DNA of 63,912 nucleotides, filler included, from Conidiobolus incongruus B7586 (Eukaryota): NCBI GenBank assembly GCA_000697335.1. It is 11 parts of 11 records of this genome, joined end to end, with 100 filler letters (N's around TTAATTAATTAA, not from the genome) between each part and the next. Parts side by side here need not be neighbours in the genome. Positions count along the whole stretch, not along the records: positions 24,607 to 30,203 come from JNEM01000400.1; positions 30,304 to 35,746 come from JNEM01000401.1; positions 35,847 to 41,026 come from JNEM01000402.1; 8 more parts are not named here. The stretch is one strand, 5' to 3'. The notes under the pieces were generated by a model. That model had not been told where the DNA came from. It saw only the letters and a list, made by a program, of their open reading frames with translations, and made no database searches. The translations under genes and the position numbers were made by a program. Below, piece by piece: positions 27,182 through 40,424 of this stretch. Each line of letters starts with the position of its first letter. The stretch's first letter is position 1.

Positions 27182-30100
27182 AGTCACAAAGTAAAGATAA
27201 AAAAACTTACTATTTAAAAATAAGGGAAGGACAAAAATTTATACAATTAGCGTGAAAAAAAAACTTGAGAAAGGAAAAAGTAGGGGAGGAAAAGATGTAT
27301 ATTTAAAGAAACAAGGGTTTGATCAGTATAATTCAGGAAATTATAAATAATATTCAGAAGTCAAGGTTATGTACAAATAACGGGTTGGACGAATATAAAC
27401 AATTATGCGATTAGCTAACGTGATGAGGGGAAGTAGTGACTTGTAATAATCCAATAAAACAGTAAAAATTTTAAGAAATAAAACGTAACAGCAAGAAAAG
27501 ACAAAGAGGAGTAAAAAACTGATTGTTTTAAGAACTGGGCGTCCTTTTTATACTCTTGAAAATTTGAATTCAAATGTTAATCTTATTGAGGTGTTGCATG
27601 AATATCATATCCAATTTGGTAACTAGCACTAGTAAGGCGGGGAGTGATTTTGATTTAATGTTAACTTGACTTGGTTTTTATTGGTTTATTCTGAATTCAT
27701 CCAATTACTTTTTTAGTTTTCCAATCTCCTGATATTAATCACTCATACCAAAGTAAGAAACTCAAAAGGGTGTGTCAGCTTGGATCTCAATTTTTTTTAA
27801 AAAATTGATTGAAACAAAGAAAAGTGAATTACCGTTTAAGGAGCTCAAAATCATTCAATTATTAAGAATATAGAATTTCATATGATTCATAAAGCACATG
27901 ACCCAAAATTAGTTAAATTGGTTAAGAATTATTCCTTGTTTTAGCCAAATTCAAAACATTGAGCCAATCAAATCCAATCCAAAATAAGCTATCAGACCTA
28001 AATTGAAGTGGCTATCCCTGACCAATAATGAATAAAGAGCTAATGATATATGAAACTTAAAGTTTATTAAAATTCAACCATTACTGGGTTGATTAGATCA
28101 AATTAATTTTTAATTTATTTGATTAATTTATTAAAATGATGAAATTTAAAAAAATTTTTTTCTTAAATATTCATATGATACTTTATCATTATTATATATT
28201 TTATTGAATATATAGTTAATATATTTTGAAACTCGCTCTGAATTCATAATTTAACATTTTACATCATAATATCTGAATATATTGCCTTTTAAATAGAATT
28301 AATCTCATTCTCTTGCAAGTTTTGGATTAATAATCAAAGTAAAAAAATACCATGATATAATAATGGGGTGATGAAATATTCTACATTGAACCTCCTGATT
28401 AAAATAACATTTAAATAATTTGTATAATCCAATAATTAATAACAATTTTCTTCTCAAATCACCCAATTTTTCTAATAGTTGCTGAATAGTAACCCATTGG
28501 GAATTAAGTAAATTATTTCAAGTGTTGTATTTAAATGAAATAATATAATTGATTGCTATGATCTCTTCGCAGGGACTATGTCCAATCATCTATCAATTGG
28601 TAGAACATTCTGATTTTTTAGATATGTATTAGCTCAAGTATTTAATATTGATGAACGCGCAGGATCCATTGTGAATTAAATTCTGGAGACTTGAAGATCA
28701 TTTGGAAATAACTGACAAATGTAGTTTGGTCAAATTAATTGAATAAAAATTATCTGATTTCAAGTTAATTACTACAAAGGTTTGATTTGTCGGAAATAAT
28801 TTAAATTCTAAAAATTTTTAAAGGAATTGTTTTGTTTTGTCAACATCAGAATCAATCAACTTGGCAGTTCAATGAGATCATTCAAATTTGAAAATGATCA
28901 TCTAATTCACCCTGTAACAATGTTTTGATGAATGGATCTTGATATCAATACAAAATTTAGTAAACAATCAAATATTTGAAATAATATTAAATGTAATAGT
29001 ATATCATCCTATCTCCTTTAAACCAAATACTTTTGAATGATATTAATCAAATTGAATATTATTTGATACTATCGAATAATAAAGTTCAATAAGTATATTT
29101 GAATTAAATTAATCAATTTTTTAAAACTCTAATATGCTCTTTGTCCTAATTTAATATTATATATATATATTCACTTATTCGTACTTATAGTTCTAAGATG
29201 ACTCTTAATTAATTCGATTAGATGGTTATATATGTTATCGATGTTTGAATATCGTTCTATCTGAAATATTATGATATAAATTTATCTTGTATTGACAGAA
29301 TATGCATGTAAATCACAAATATAATACCCTATCAAATTAATTATAGAATTCCCTTAATGATAACTATCCTTATAAGTAATTCAATATTTTTTTCATTTTA
29401 CTTTTTATTTTTTAACTCTTGAATCAATTCATAAAACTATATAAAATCAATAAATATCATACTATCCAATCCAATTTTTATATTTTTTTTAAATATTATA
29501 TATCTGTTTGTTCTGTTAATTTTATTTTTCAAATAGTAATGACTAGTAAGTTATTTGTATATTACTGTCATTTCAGTTTTTTAATTTATATTCTTTTAAT
29601 TTTTGCAATATATTAATATTATAATATTATATAACTTGAAAATTAACCAAGTTATTACTGGTTAAAACTATCTCTAATTGTTCAATTTTTCCAAATTTAT
29701 TTTAAAATTATATAATATCTATTTATTAATATATAATATATATTATACAAAATATTCTTGTTTAAAGAATAAATTTAAGGAATTTTTTTAAATATTAATA
29801 ATAAATACTAATTGAAATAAACTTTATAAATTATATTACTTTTATATAAAATTATAACTAATAATTAAATATATAGTTATTCATAAATTATATTGATTAA
29901 ATTTATATACAATTATAAATTGTATTCAAAAACAGATTTAAATCAAAATAAAGATATCTAATAACCTGGGTGAGAGGTAATATATTGCTTTATTAAATAA
30001 CAATTCTTAATAAAGATCATAAATATAGCTAAATTTAAGAAATTATTTATAAAAATATTATAATAATAAAACAAAGAAACTTTAATAAATAAAAATTAAA

Positions 30101-30203
30101 TAAGGCAGCTAATTGAAAAAGGAAAAAGAAACTTATAATTATAATCGAAGTTAAATAATTTATATTAAAATAAATTTTTTATATTTAAAATTTTTTAAAT
30201 AAT

Positions 30204-30303
30204 NNNNNNNNNNNNNNNNNNNNNNNNNNNNNNNNNNNNNNNNNNNNTTAATTAATTAANNNNNNNNNNNNNNNNNNNNNNNNNNNNNNNNNNNNNNNNN
30301 NNN
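30204..30303. other. Artificial contig spacer
   Basis: N44-TTAATTAATTAA-N44. Confidence 0.98.
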
Positions 30304-30829
30304 AAATTATATTTATATAATTAATATTAAATTATTTAAATAATATTTTAACTAAAGTAAAAAGATATTTAATATATTTTTCCCCTCAAATTATTATTAA
30401 AAAAATAGAAATAAAAATTAGTTTTTTAAATTTAAATAAATTTTAAATAATATTCCTTTTTACTTTAGAATAATAAATGAATTATTCAATGGTGAATTTA
30501 TATAAAATAATAAATCCATAAGTTGTTTGTAAATTTTAAATAATTTTAGAATATTTATGTTTTAGTTTTAGTAGTATTAAAATAAAAAACTTTTAATGAT
30601 GATCATTTAATTTAAGCATAATTAAATTAAATAAAATTTTAAAAAGTTAATTTTTTAATCAAAAAAGCTATTATATTTATATATAATTTAAAACTATATA
30701 TTTTCTTATTTGTTTTGTATATATTTTTTTATTGGAAACTAATAATATGTTTAAAAAATAAGAAATTAAAAAATTTCATTTCTTTGATTCAATGGTAATA
30801 ATATATCAAATTAGTATAGATTATCTTTA

Positions 30830-32485
30830 TTATACTTTGTTATCCATGTTAATCAATTGAATAATTGGTATAAGTTGAAATTCTTTAGACTTATTAAATT
30901 GATTGTACTTACGACTCAAAGTTTTGACAATGATGTCAGCACTCTCCCAATCCTCCTTTAAGTTGGTCAAATGATGTACCAAAATAGTGTAATCATTATA
31001 AATCATAGTTTGAAATAATTCCAATTTTTTCATATTACCCCTTATTCTCAAGTGTAAAGTGTTTAAAATTTGAAGCATATCAATATAAAGGTATCCCATT
31101 TTGAGAAAGATATAAGCGTTAAGAAAAATTTTAACTGCCTTGAACCTATATTCTGATTGCTGTAAATCTATACGAAGGAGTTGGAGATGTTGACATTCTA
31201 ATAATTTGTGAAATTGTTTGCCGAATTCTAAAGCGCGCTGGAAGAGTTGAACAAGTTTTAGCAATTCAAGATTGTGGCTAAGTTGAATGGCGTATTGGAA
31301 TAGTTGGAGGGTGATCTCCATCACTTTCTGGTGCAGGCTCAGTCGAAGTCGAATAAGAGGGTTCTTTTCAATTAATTTAGGGTCGAAACACTCTCGGTCG
31401 AATCGTATGTTTGGCTTGAGGTTTTCTTGCCACTTCTGGAAATCATCTAGCATCTCAAAGCATTTTTCGAGTTTGATATCTGCAGGTTCGGATTTGAGGT
31501 CATATTCAAGCATATCAAATGGTGGGATGACTATTTTAGCGAATGATGCATTCGCATTGAAGAAATCTATATAATCTTCAGGCAGTGTGCTCTTGCATTG
31601 CTGAATGAGTGGCTGGCTCGCGAATGACTTATTGTGGAGAAAATCTTCATACATTGTATTAGATCGAATCATAACAGGAACATTTGCTAAAAATGCTGAA
31701 TGTTCATCCCAATGTTTAAGCAACAGCCATAATTTTTTAATGGTATAAATGGGAACATTAGATAGCTCTGGAGATAGAAATCCTTGCTTGGACTCTTGAA
31801 TTCGATCCATACCCATTAATTGAGCCAACCTGACAGCTGTTGTCACTCTTTCAACCTTTTGGAAGGGACGATTACAAGCTTCGTCAATCCCACTTAATAT
31901 TAACAGCGCTTGGATCATATAAACGCTCGGATTACTTAAATTGGGGTTTAATTGATATATGCTCATCTTATAATACTGATCGCTATAGCTCATATTCTGA
32001 AAATAGAGGGCAGGGTGTGGGGAACTAAGACATGCGTGACCAATAATTGCGCTCATTAAATAGTCTGGAATTGGGTTGTTAATGTTATTTAACCCTCTGA
32101 AGAATTCATCCAAATCGATAACTGGAGGGTATGAGCAGTATGCTTGCATAGTAAAATAGAATGATATAATATGTTTGGCATAGTCCTGATGTGACAGTAC
32201 TCGATTTTCTATGTATTGTTTAGCTGAATTATTAGACTGATCTTCGAGTACCCTTGATGATCCAATCATCTTCGAATTATCATCTATCACTTGACGAATT
32301 AAAGGAATATAATTATTTAACAATGTTTCAATATTATCCAACCGCTTACTCACATTGGTCATTCCATTTTCCGTATTCTTATCCTTACTGTCTACAATAT
32401 TACAAAATATATTAGTCCATTCTTCGTTACTTGCTTTAGTTTTAGGATTATGATATTTAAATTTAAATTGACTTGTTTTTTCCAT
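30830..32485 (-). CDS. Fungal-specific transcription factor domain (Fungal_trans/MHR) protein without Zn2Cys6 domain
   Basis: 551-aa intronless ORF. Short coiled coil (KRLDNIETLL), YF...PVID, LMSAI, IQALLILS, AVRLAQLMGM, KKLWLLL..WD. No six-Cys cluster. Confidence 0.8.
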   Translation of the reverse strand: MEKTSQFKFKYHNPKTKASNEEWTNIFCNIVDSKDKNTENGMTNVSKRLDNIETLLNNYIPLIRQVIDDNSKMIGSSRVLEDQSNNSAKQYIENRVLSHQDYAKHIISFYFTMQAYCSYPPVIDLDEFFRGLNNINNPIPDYLMSAIIGHACLSSPHPALYFQNMSYSDQYYKMSIYQLNPNLSNPSVYMIQALLILSGIDEACNRPFQKVERVTTAVRLAQLMGMDRIQESKQGFLSPELSNVPIYTIKKLWLLLKHWDEHSAFLANVPVMIRSNTMYEDFLHNKSFASQPLIQQCKSTLPEDYIDFFNANASFAKIVIPPFDMLEYDLKSEPADIKLEKCFEMLDDFQKWQENLKPNIRFDRECFDPKLIEKNPLIRLRLSLHQKVMEITLQLFQYAIQLSHNLELLKLVQLFQRALEFGKQFHKLLECQHLQLLRIDLQQSEYRFKAVKIFLNAYIFLKMGYLYIDMLQILNTLHLRIRGNMKKLELFQTMIYNDYTILVHHLTNLKEDWESADIIVKTLSRKYNQFNKSKEFQLIPIIQLINMDNKV

Positions 32486-34448
32486 TCACTTTCAATTTCT
32501 TAAATTGATTTGTAGTCAGAAAGAAGTATTTATGATGAATACAATTTGAAATTATTTTATGGGAATTGTCATGTGATTAGTTTTGGTGTATTATCCGAAA
32601 AAAAATTAAATTTTTGAATCAGTATTGAAATTGCGAGTCTGTTGGAAAGTAGTCTTGCAAATGGGTCAAATAGATTCAATAAAACGGGCCAAGGTTGGTT
32701 GAAGATACACTTTAAAGGTTTTTTAAAATGCCAATATGTAGGGCTGAGCCCTGATTTAGATGATCCTTTATCAAATATGTGCTCAGTGGCGATTTTATAG
32801 TGCTTTCAGTCTTGACGACAATATTTTGAATCACTGTCTGCAGTTGTTGTCCGGAATTTAACATTAGATAAGGATTTTGTATGGTACTGGTACGTAGACT
32901 ATGTTCGAAAAAATGACGAATGGTTTAAGTTGAATGCCGAGCGGTCTTCCCAATCAATTACAATAGGTACTTATATTTAAATCAATACTAAATATTTATT
33001 TTAGGATAGATGCTATTTGTATCAATAATACAAGAATTGAAGTTAGTTAAAATATATTTCAATTGATAAGAGAATAATAATATTTAAATCTTAAGATATA
33101 TTTACTGAAATAATTTTACTTAAATAGTTTTCATTTGACATATTTTACATATAGTATTAAACGAAATAATTTTTAATTGAATATTTTGGTTAAATTCTCA
33201 GTTCTACATTTGATGCTGACTGAAGTTCAATTTTTAAAATTTTTCACTTAAATCATCTAACTGCATATGAATCTGTCTTTTCTTTCTAGATATATATATG
33301 TAATTATATATTTTCTATATATTTCATATATATGGTTAAATCAATAACTATCAATGAAATCAACGAATCACAAAAAATATTACATTTAATCTCAATTTTA
33401 CAGAATCTTCATTCAAGTTCAGCAGTCATTGATTAAAATTCTTACAATAGCTAAATATTTAGTTCATCCAACATGTTCAAAGATGTAACTATTTAATTTG
33501 AAAGGATGTTAGTATTAATTACTATGTAATTTTATTCTTTTTGTAGATATTCTCAAAAACAATGATAAATTCAAAATTCATTATAATTGGATTATTGATA
33601 ATTTTTAATTTGTTATGTTTATTTATTAGAATGTGATACACTGATACATTTTATTTAATAATAAAGGATTTGGTATATTCATTGTTCAGAGATATGATTT
33701 ATTCGAGTTTGAAATATTAAATATACAATTTATTAAGGAATTTAGAGATATTACTGAAATTATATAAAATTTAATATTGTTAAATCAAAACTCCAATTTC
33801 TGAGTATAAGGGTATAGAAAGTTAAACTCACTAAGATTTTAATTTAAATATTTAAATTTTTAACTATTATGACATATATTATATGCTGTTTTGGTTTATT
33901 ATTTTTATTTTAATGCAACTCAATAAAACAAAAATGTGACATCGAAAAAAATCATAGGAAGAATGAAAATTAAGATTCAAATATCTCAATATTTTAATAT
34001 AATTCTCTATTAATTGAGTAAATATAAATGTGATTATAATAATTTTCAAAATTTCTATGATAAATTGAATAATTATAAAAATATAACAGTTTCAAATTTT
34101 ATATTACTTTAATTATATTTTATCCAGATTAAATTAAAATATATATTTTTATTTGATTATTAAAAAATAATTTCACTATTAATAAAATTATTTCTTCTTG
34201 AAGTAACAGTTTTACTATTTCACTATATCATTATAATAATTGATTTGACTGATGACTATGTTTTCAGTTTACAAAATTCTATTATTTCTGTAAGATTTGG
34301 CTATTTATAGTTCCAAAGGTTTTTGTATGGTGAATGTTGATATCAGAATTTCCATCATTAGAGGTCAGATTTAATCAGTGAAAATAAAGATTTAAACAAA
34401 TCTCAATTTAAGAGATATATATGAGAAAAGGAAAGGGTCTTTTTTAAA

Positions 34449-34925
34449 CTATATAATCATAAGCAGCGAATCGACATTGTACTTAATGTCATCTATGATA
34501 AACACTTTACAGTTCGGATGTTCATAGATAAAGCTACGTAGGTGTTTATTACTCCGTAGCGAAACACTAGGACACATATTTAAAACACCAAATTCTGGAA
34601 TCTTAAAATATGTATATAGATATGGCATGTGCTCTACACATTCATTCTTGTATACAAGTATCTTCAAGCAATAAAATTAATTATCAACCATAACTCCAAC
34701 TATAATATACTCAGTGTTTCTATTTACCATTGATTTATAAACCTTCCATATTCCATGCTCAAGTTACCATGCATTATTATCATTAGAAACCATGTAAAAA
34801 CCATACATATTAAAGCTCTTTTTGGTGTGAAATATATCAAATGTAGTCTTGTGTGCTATATCAAAAACCGTGCCATGCTTCCCTTCTAACTTGCACACAA
34901 TATGCTTATAACTAAAATCTTCCAT
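34449..34925 (-). pseudogene. Orphan 158-codon gene interrupted by two in-frame TAA codons
   Basis: One frame runs from ATG 34925 (AAAAAATATG) to TAG 34449, 477 nt. Internal TAA at 34766-34764 and 34679-34677. Coding-like composition throughout; TATAAATA about 60 nt upstream. Confidence 0.7.
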
Positions 34926-35746
34926 ATTTTTTAAGTGATATATAAGACAAGAAAAGGATTTGTGTATTTCAACACTTTTTCTTCCTATTTATACAATGAG
35001 GATTTCGAGTAAATTAAACCACTTGATATCCTTATCAAATGAAATTTTTTAATAACAACGCTCCTCACCTTGTTTTTTGACATACTCAACAATTATAAAA
35101 ATAAAGATAAAAAATCTTTAAAATACTATAATTGGAAGTTTGTTGGATAAAAACTAATAAAATTATATTAATGAATTTATTTTTATTATCCTTTAAACGC
35201 ATCAAAATCACTATATATCATTAAAAGGATTGTTTATAAATTTTTAAAAGATTATTCAATATTGATTTTATATTTATTTTATATCATAATTCAGCCTTTG
35301 AAATCTTTTGTGTATCATTTTAATTCCTATAATATTAATATCTCCTAATAGTATTTTTAAAATAAAACTCTAGAATTAAAAAAATTATAATTTATATTTT
35401 AATTATAGAATATATTAGGATAATTTTATTTTATGATTATTATTTATTTATTGATAGATTTCTTAATTAATGATGATCATTGGACAAATATGACCTTTTA
35501 ATGATTGGTTAAAAGCAAATGGTATTTATAGATCTTATTTTTATAATGATATGATCTGTTAAATATATATTTATATTTTATAATTAATAAGCATATTTAT
35601 AATTATTGTAATATATTTATAATAGTTTTTAATATTAATATTAATAATTAATTTAAAATATTAATAAATTTATCAAAATATAAAATATTATAATATGATT
35701 TTATTATATTTAATAATAATAATAATAATAATAATTAATATTATAA

Positions 35747-35846
35747 NNNNNNNNNNNNNNNNNNNNNNNNNNNNNNNNNNNNNNNNNNNNTTAATTAATT
35801 AANNNNNNNNNNNNNNNNNNNNNNNNNNNNNNNNNNNNNNNNNNNN
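35747..35846. other. Artificial contig spacer
   Basis: N44-TTAATTAATTAA-N44. Confidence 0.98.
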
Positions 35847-37317
35847 TTATTTATAATTAAATAATATACCTTAATTATATATTATAATTTCAAGTAAATT
35901 AATATATACAATTGTTTTAGTTATTAATTAAAATATATATATATTTAATTTTATAACTCACTTTTATAGGTTAGTATATATTATATTTGATAAATTATAT
36001 AAATATTTTATATTTTTAAAATTAATATGTTTTTAAAGCTTTTTTTGAGATTTAAATTTTTAACTATATTAATTATATATTTATAAATATTTTAATTAAA
36101 AAGAATTATACAAATAATATAGATTACCTTAAAAATAATATTTCAAACAAAAACTTATCCTTTATTAGCTGAATTTAATTCAAAACTATGATTTTAATAT
36201 AATTATTTAATAATAAACAATATTATACTATTGAAATTAAATAATCAAAACATATTAATATAGGAAATTATTATTAATTTACAAAATTTAAATTGTTTAT
36301 TATTTATTTGAAAAGTATAAAATCTCCATTTCAATTATAAAATTGGCCTAATAAATTAATATCTTCTTACTAAATAAAAACATATATAGTCTTCTGGGTT
36401 AAAACACAAAATGGAATTTCAATTATAGTTGACAAATTATCCAAAGGTTTTAATTTTAACCAATTACAAAATTTATTAGATAATTTTGTAATAATTGTTG
36501 TCCAAACAAAGATTAATATTATTGTTATTGTCTAAATCAGATATTGAATTAGTGATATTTCAAAAAATATGATTTATTTAAAATTAAGTAAAAGGTATTA
36601 TAATTATTTTTTTAATAACACAACAATCTTTAACTGTATAAATAATTTATTAAATAATTATTATTGAGTTGAATATATTCAATTAATTGATAATATTTGT
36701 TCATCCAATTGATTATAATATATGATATAAAAATATTATCACTAATAATCAATACAAATGGAATAAATTATATTTGGTATTTAGATAACTGATATATATG
36801 AAATTATAATGAAATATTGAAAATTTAATATTATTTATAATCAATTATTCAGAACACTGACATTAGCTTTTGATCAAGCCATATATATCTCAAGTTAATT
36901 ACATACAACTCCTAATAAGGATAGTTGGAATATCAATATAATTACCAAAAATAGCAAGTGGTATTAAAGTCGTTGGGATTATTTACAAATGTGTTTAAAT
37001 TGACTTATATTTTATTATTAAAGTTTCAATAATAAAATTTTAATGTAAAATTCTGTGAAATTATATCTTGAATTATTAAATGTTTAATCTTAATAAAGAT
37101 CGAAAATATATTACTGTAATACATAATATCAAAAATTGTGGTTGATGACTTGATGAACACAGAATCAAATTCTCAAGCTTTTTATCATAAATAGTTACTT
37201 TATTTATTAATTTTGAACCTATCCCACATTTTTGTAAATTAAAATATTTTGATAAATATTAAATCGGAAGATATAATTAATATTGATAATATCAGTTGAT
37301 GAAAAAAAAATAAAACA

Positions 37318-38143
37318 ATGCTTAGTAGAATTACAAGGAAAAATATTTCAATTAACTGGGCTAATAAAGTATGATTGTTTCCATATGATATGTTTCTCTC
37401 ATTAACACTATGTACTTTTAGATCCGTAATCTTCACACTGTTCAACAACCTCCCTTTGATCCTTCCAAAGGACTCAAGCCCCTCTTCAGTCAAGAAGGAT
37501 TAGCTATGAACCTTAGCGAATACAAAATGCACTTGGATAAGCTTAATTCTTTAATCAAAGGAACACCTTATGAAAGTTTAAACTTATATGAAACAATTCG
37601 TCAGTCTAGTGTTCGTTTTGAGGATAGATCCATTTATGAACATGCTACTCAAGTCTATAGTAACCAATTATTTTTAGAATCTTTTGTAAGTCTCTTCTAC
37701 TTATGTATAATGTATTTTATATTAATTATAAACATTAGAATCCAGAATTAAAACGTACCATATCCTCTGGCATGCTTCAAATGATCGATCGTAGATCGGG
37801 CAGCTTTGAAGAATTCAAAAATGAGCTCGCTTTGGAGTCCAAGGCTTTGTTTGGCTCTGGTTGGTTATGGGTTGGCCAAACCAAAGCTTACATCCATGTT
37901 TCTACCACTCTCAATGGCGAGTGTGGATTTTTCCCATATAGACCCCAAAAAGACGCTGTTCCAATTGAATCTATCCAGCCTATTTTCATCCCATTATTTT
38001 GTATCAACTTATGGGGTTCTTCTTATCTTTTTGACTATGGCTTAGACAAAGAATCATATATCAAAAACGCCATTGATTCTATTAACTGGGACACTGTATA
38101 TCAAAGACAGATCAATTCTGAATCCCTTAAAAAGTACTGCTAA
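37318..38143 (+). CDS. Fe/Mn-SOD-fold protein lacking metal ligands; probable mitochondrial ribosomal small-subunit protein (Mrp1/Rsm26, mS43/mS42-like), 3 exons
   Basis: Exons 37318-37368, 37422-37685, 37739-38143. Basic presequence MLSRITRK..IRNLH; KLNSLIKGT, GSFEEFK, LFGSGWLWV, INW. The DxWEHAY ligand motif is replaced by NLWGSSY. Confidence 0.8.
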
Positions 38144-39154
38144 TTGATTGATAAATGCATAATATAATATCAATTAAATAAATATTTAATATTTCAAATA
38201 CAGCTATACAAAATATAATTCAATAAACCATATATACATCTATGATATTAAAAGATATGTTTTATTTATTCTATCTATATTTATAAATAGCAATATAATA
38301 TTTCTTACTGCAAAATAAAGTAATAAGACTTAATTTTTAATTTAATTTTAACTCCGAATATTTTCCAATTTTAAATTGAATATAATTAATTTCAGTTTTA
38401 TTGTCATTATTAGCCATAATAGTTGCCCTGTTACCGAATAATATAAAAATTTAATCATTATTGAATATTGTATTAAAATACAATTTGATCTTAGATTTGA
38501 AATGAAATGCTAAAGATATTAATTAGAAAAGATATCTTCTATAAGTTATTACTATGTACTTTATTTATAGATATTGTTTTGCCTTATAACTTAATGAATC
38601 AGAGATATAATATTGAAATTTCAAGTTTTTTAACTTTAATTTATTAGATTAACACCTTTATAACCTCATCAATTTACTAATATGGTTGTATATGTAATAT
38701 TATACCATATCCTTAATAATTCAGCAATCATCAGATTGATAAGACATAATCATAATATTATGCTATAATAATGTATATCAATCAAATTTAGAATTCTGTC
38801 TTTATAATATTGACATGTGTTATTAATATAAATGTATAAAATGTTGAAATGGAATATTAATTTCATAGTCAAAATAACTTGTCATAAGTTGTGAAGGTAT
38901 TATAATGGCCATTTTGTAATAAACAAATTTTTCCTGTTTGCTCAAATTAAAGTGTATAAATTTGAAATGATAATAATGAATAAATAATATAATTAATAAA
39001 TATAATTGAATTTATATTTTATTGTAAATACTTATAGAGAAAAACTCAAAACTCAAACTAGTATTAAATTATTGAACTTGAATTGATTAAGTATTTTAAA
39101 TTAATTAAAAATAAAAATAGTTCACTATTATTTAGATTGTTACTTTTTAAAAGA

Positions 39155-40424
39155 TTATGACAATTTCCAAACAATAATTCCAATGATAATTAATAAAATA
39201 ACCAAAAATAAACAAAAAAGAAAGCGCTTTTTCTAAACAATTAAGTTAGGTTAGGTTGTGAATATTGATCGAATTATATACCTTTCGAGTAGAGATCGCA
39301 GTTTTGGTAGCTTTAACTAGTTGATCATTGGCTTGCTCAATTGCAACAGCAGCAGATTCTACATGATTTTCAATATTATCAACCAATACATCTTGCTGCT
39401 CAACCATATATTGTAATTCAGCATATAATTCATTCAATTCCTGGTCATAATAAATAAGTTAAATTAATTATTATTCATCCTCAAAATGTTACCTCAATAC
39501 TTTTGACTATTTTTTGGATATCCAAGTGGCGATCTTGAACTTCTTTAAGTGCTCGTTTTGCTTCACTAGCACGAGATTCATTCAAAATCTATAAATGTGT
39601 TATGGATCTAGTGAAATATCAACATTTCATTCTAAATTACTGATTGTTTAAAAATAGGGCGAATAAGATCATCATCCAAAGCCTCTGCAATCTCTTCGTC
39701 AGTGGCATCTGGTCTAACTATATTCTAACATTAATAATATAATTAAAAAAATTGAAAATAATACCAATTCTGTATTGACACTCGATCCTTTCTTTATATT
39801 TTGCTTTGTATTGTTTTTCAATCTTTTGATAATTAATAATAGCTTCCATAAATTGTTTTTTAAGGCTAGAATATTGATTTTGCAAAATTTTAAGTTCGGA
39901 ATGATCTCTGACTTTCATAGTTTGCATAACTGTATAAAGTTAAATTTAAGAGAATAAAAAATTAAAAAATCAGTACCTTTGAGCCTTTCTTTAATGTTTT
40001 GCATGAGGTTTTTTGCATCTCCAGTGAGTTTGTCCATTTCTGCATTACATTCTAGAAAACATATATTAAATAAAGTATTCATTATTATATAAAGAAATCA
40101 CCTTGCAGTTGAAAATTACCCACAACATTCAAAGATTTTTCATGAAGACTGCTTATTTTTCTGAGCATTGCATTGAAAGTTTCTATTTCAGTTTTAATTG
40201 CCAAAGCCTAATAAGACAATTGAATAAATATATAATATAGAAAAAGTGTTATACTGACTTCTTTGAGATAGCCATTTAACTCACTGGTTGGAGATATAAT
40301 GCCCATTTCAAGGTCATGTTGGAAACTTGGATTATTCTATTACATAATGCAAATTTCAGTGAAACAGTCTTTGTGATTTTAACAATTTAATTACTCTTAA
40401 TTCTGTTAGCCGATCCCGACTCAT
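39155..40424 (-). CDS. Plasma-membrane syntaxin (Sso1/Sso2-type Qa-SNARE), 9 exons
   Basis: Starts MSRDRLTELR (40424-40395). Eight GT-AG introns splice in frame. Habc region, QYRIVRPDATDEEI, ALKEVQDRHLDIQKI, VEQQDVLVDNIE SNARE motif, RKKKR and a C-terminal TM; TAA at 39157-39155. Confidence 0.93.

Noticed and set aside
31287..32028. Plus-strand ORFs overlapping the MHR gene; likewise 37239-37493, 37806-38045, 39775-39957, 52040-52246 and 60590-60787
   Set aside because: Antisense or off-frame shadows of well-supported genes.
34449..34925. Alternative genetic code (TAA = Gln)
   Set aside because: TAA terminates conserved genes in this window (PAM17, syntaxin, SDR, GATA).
37318..38143. Active Fe/Mn superoxide dismutase
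   Set aside because: The His/Asp metal ligands are missing.
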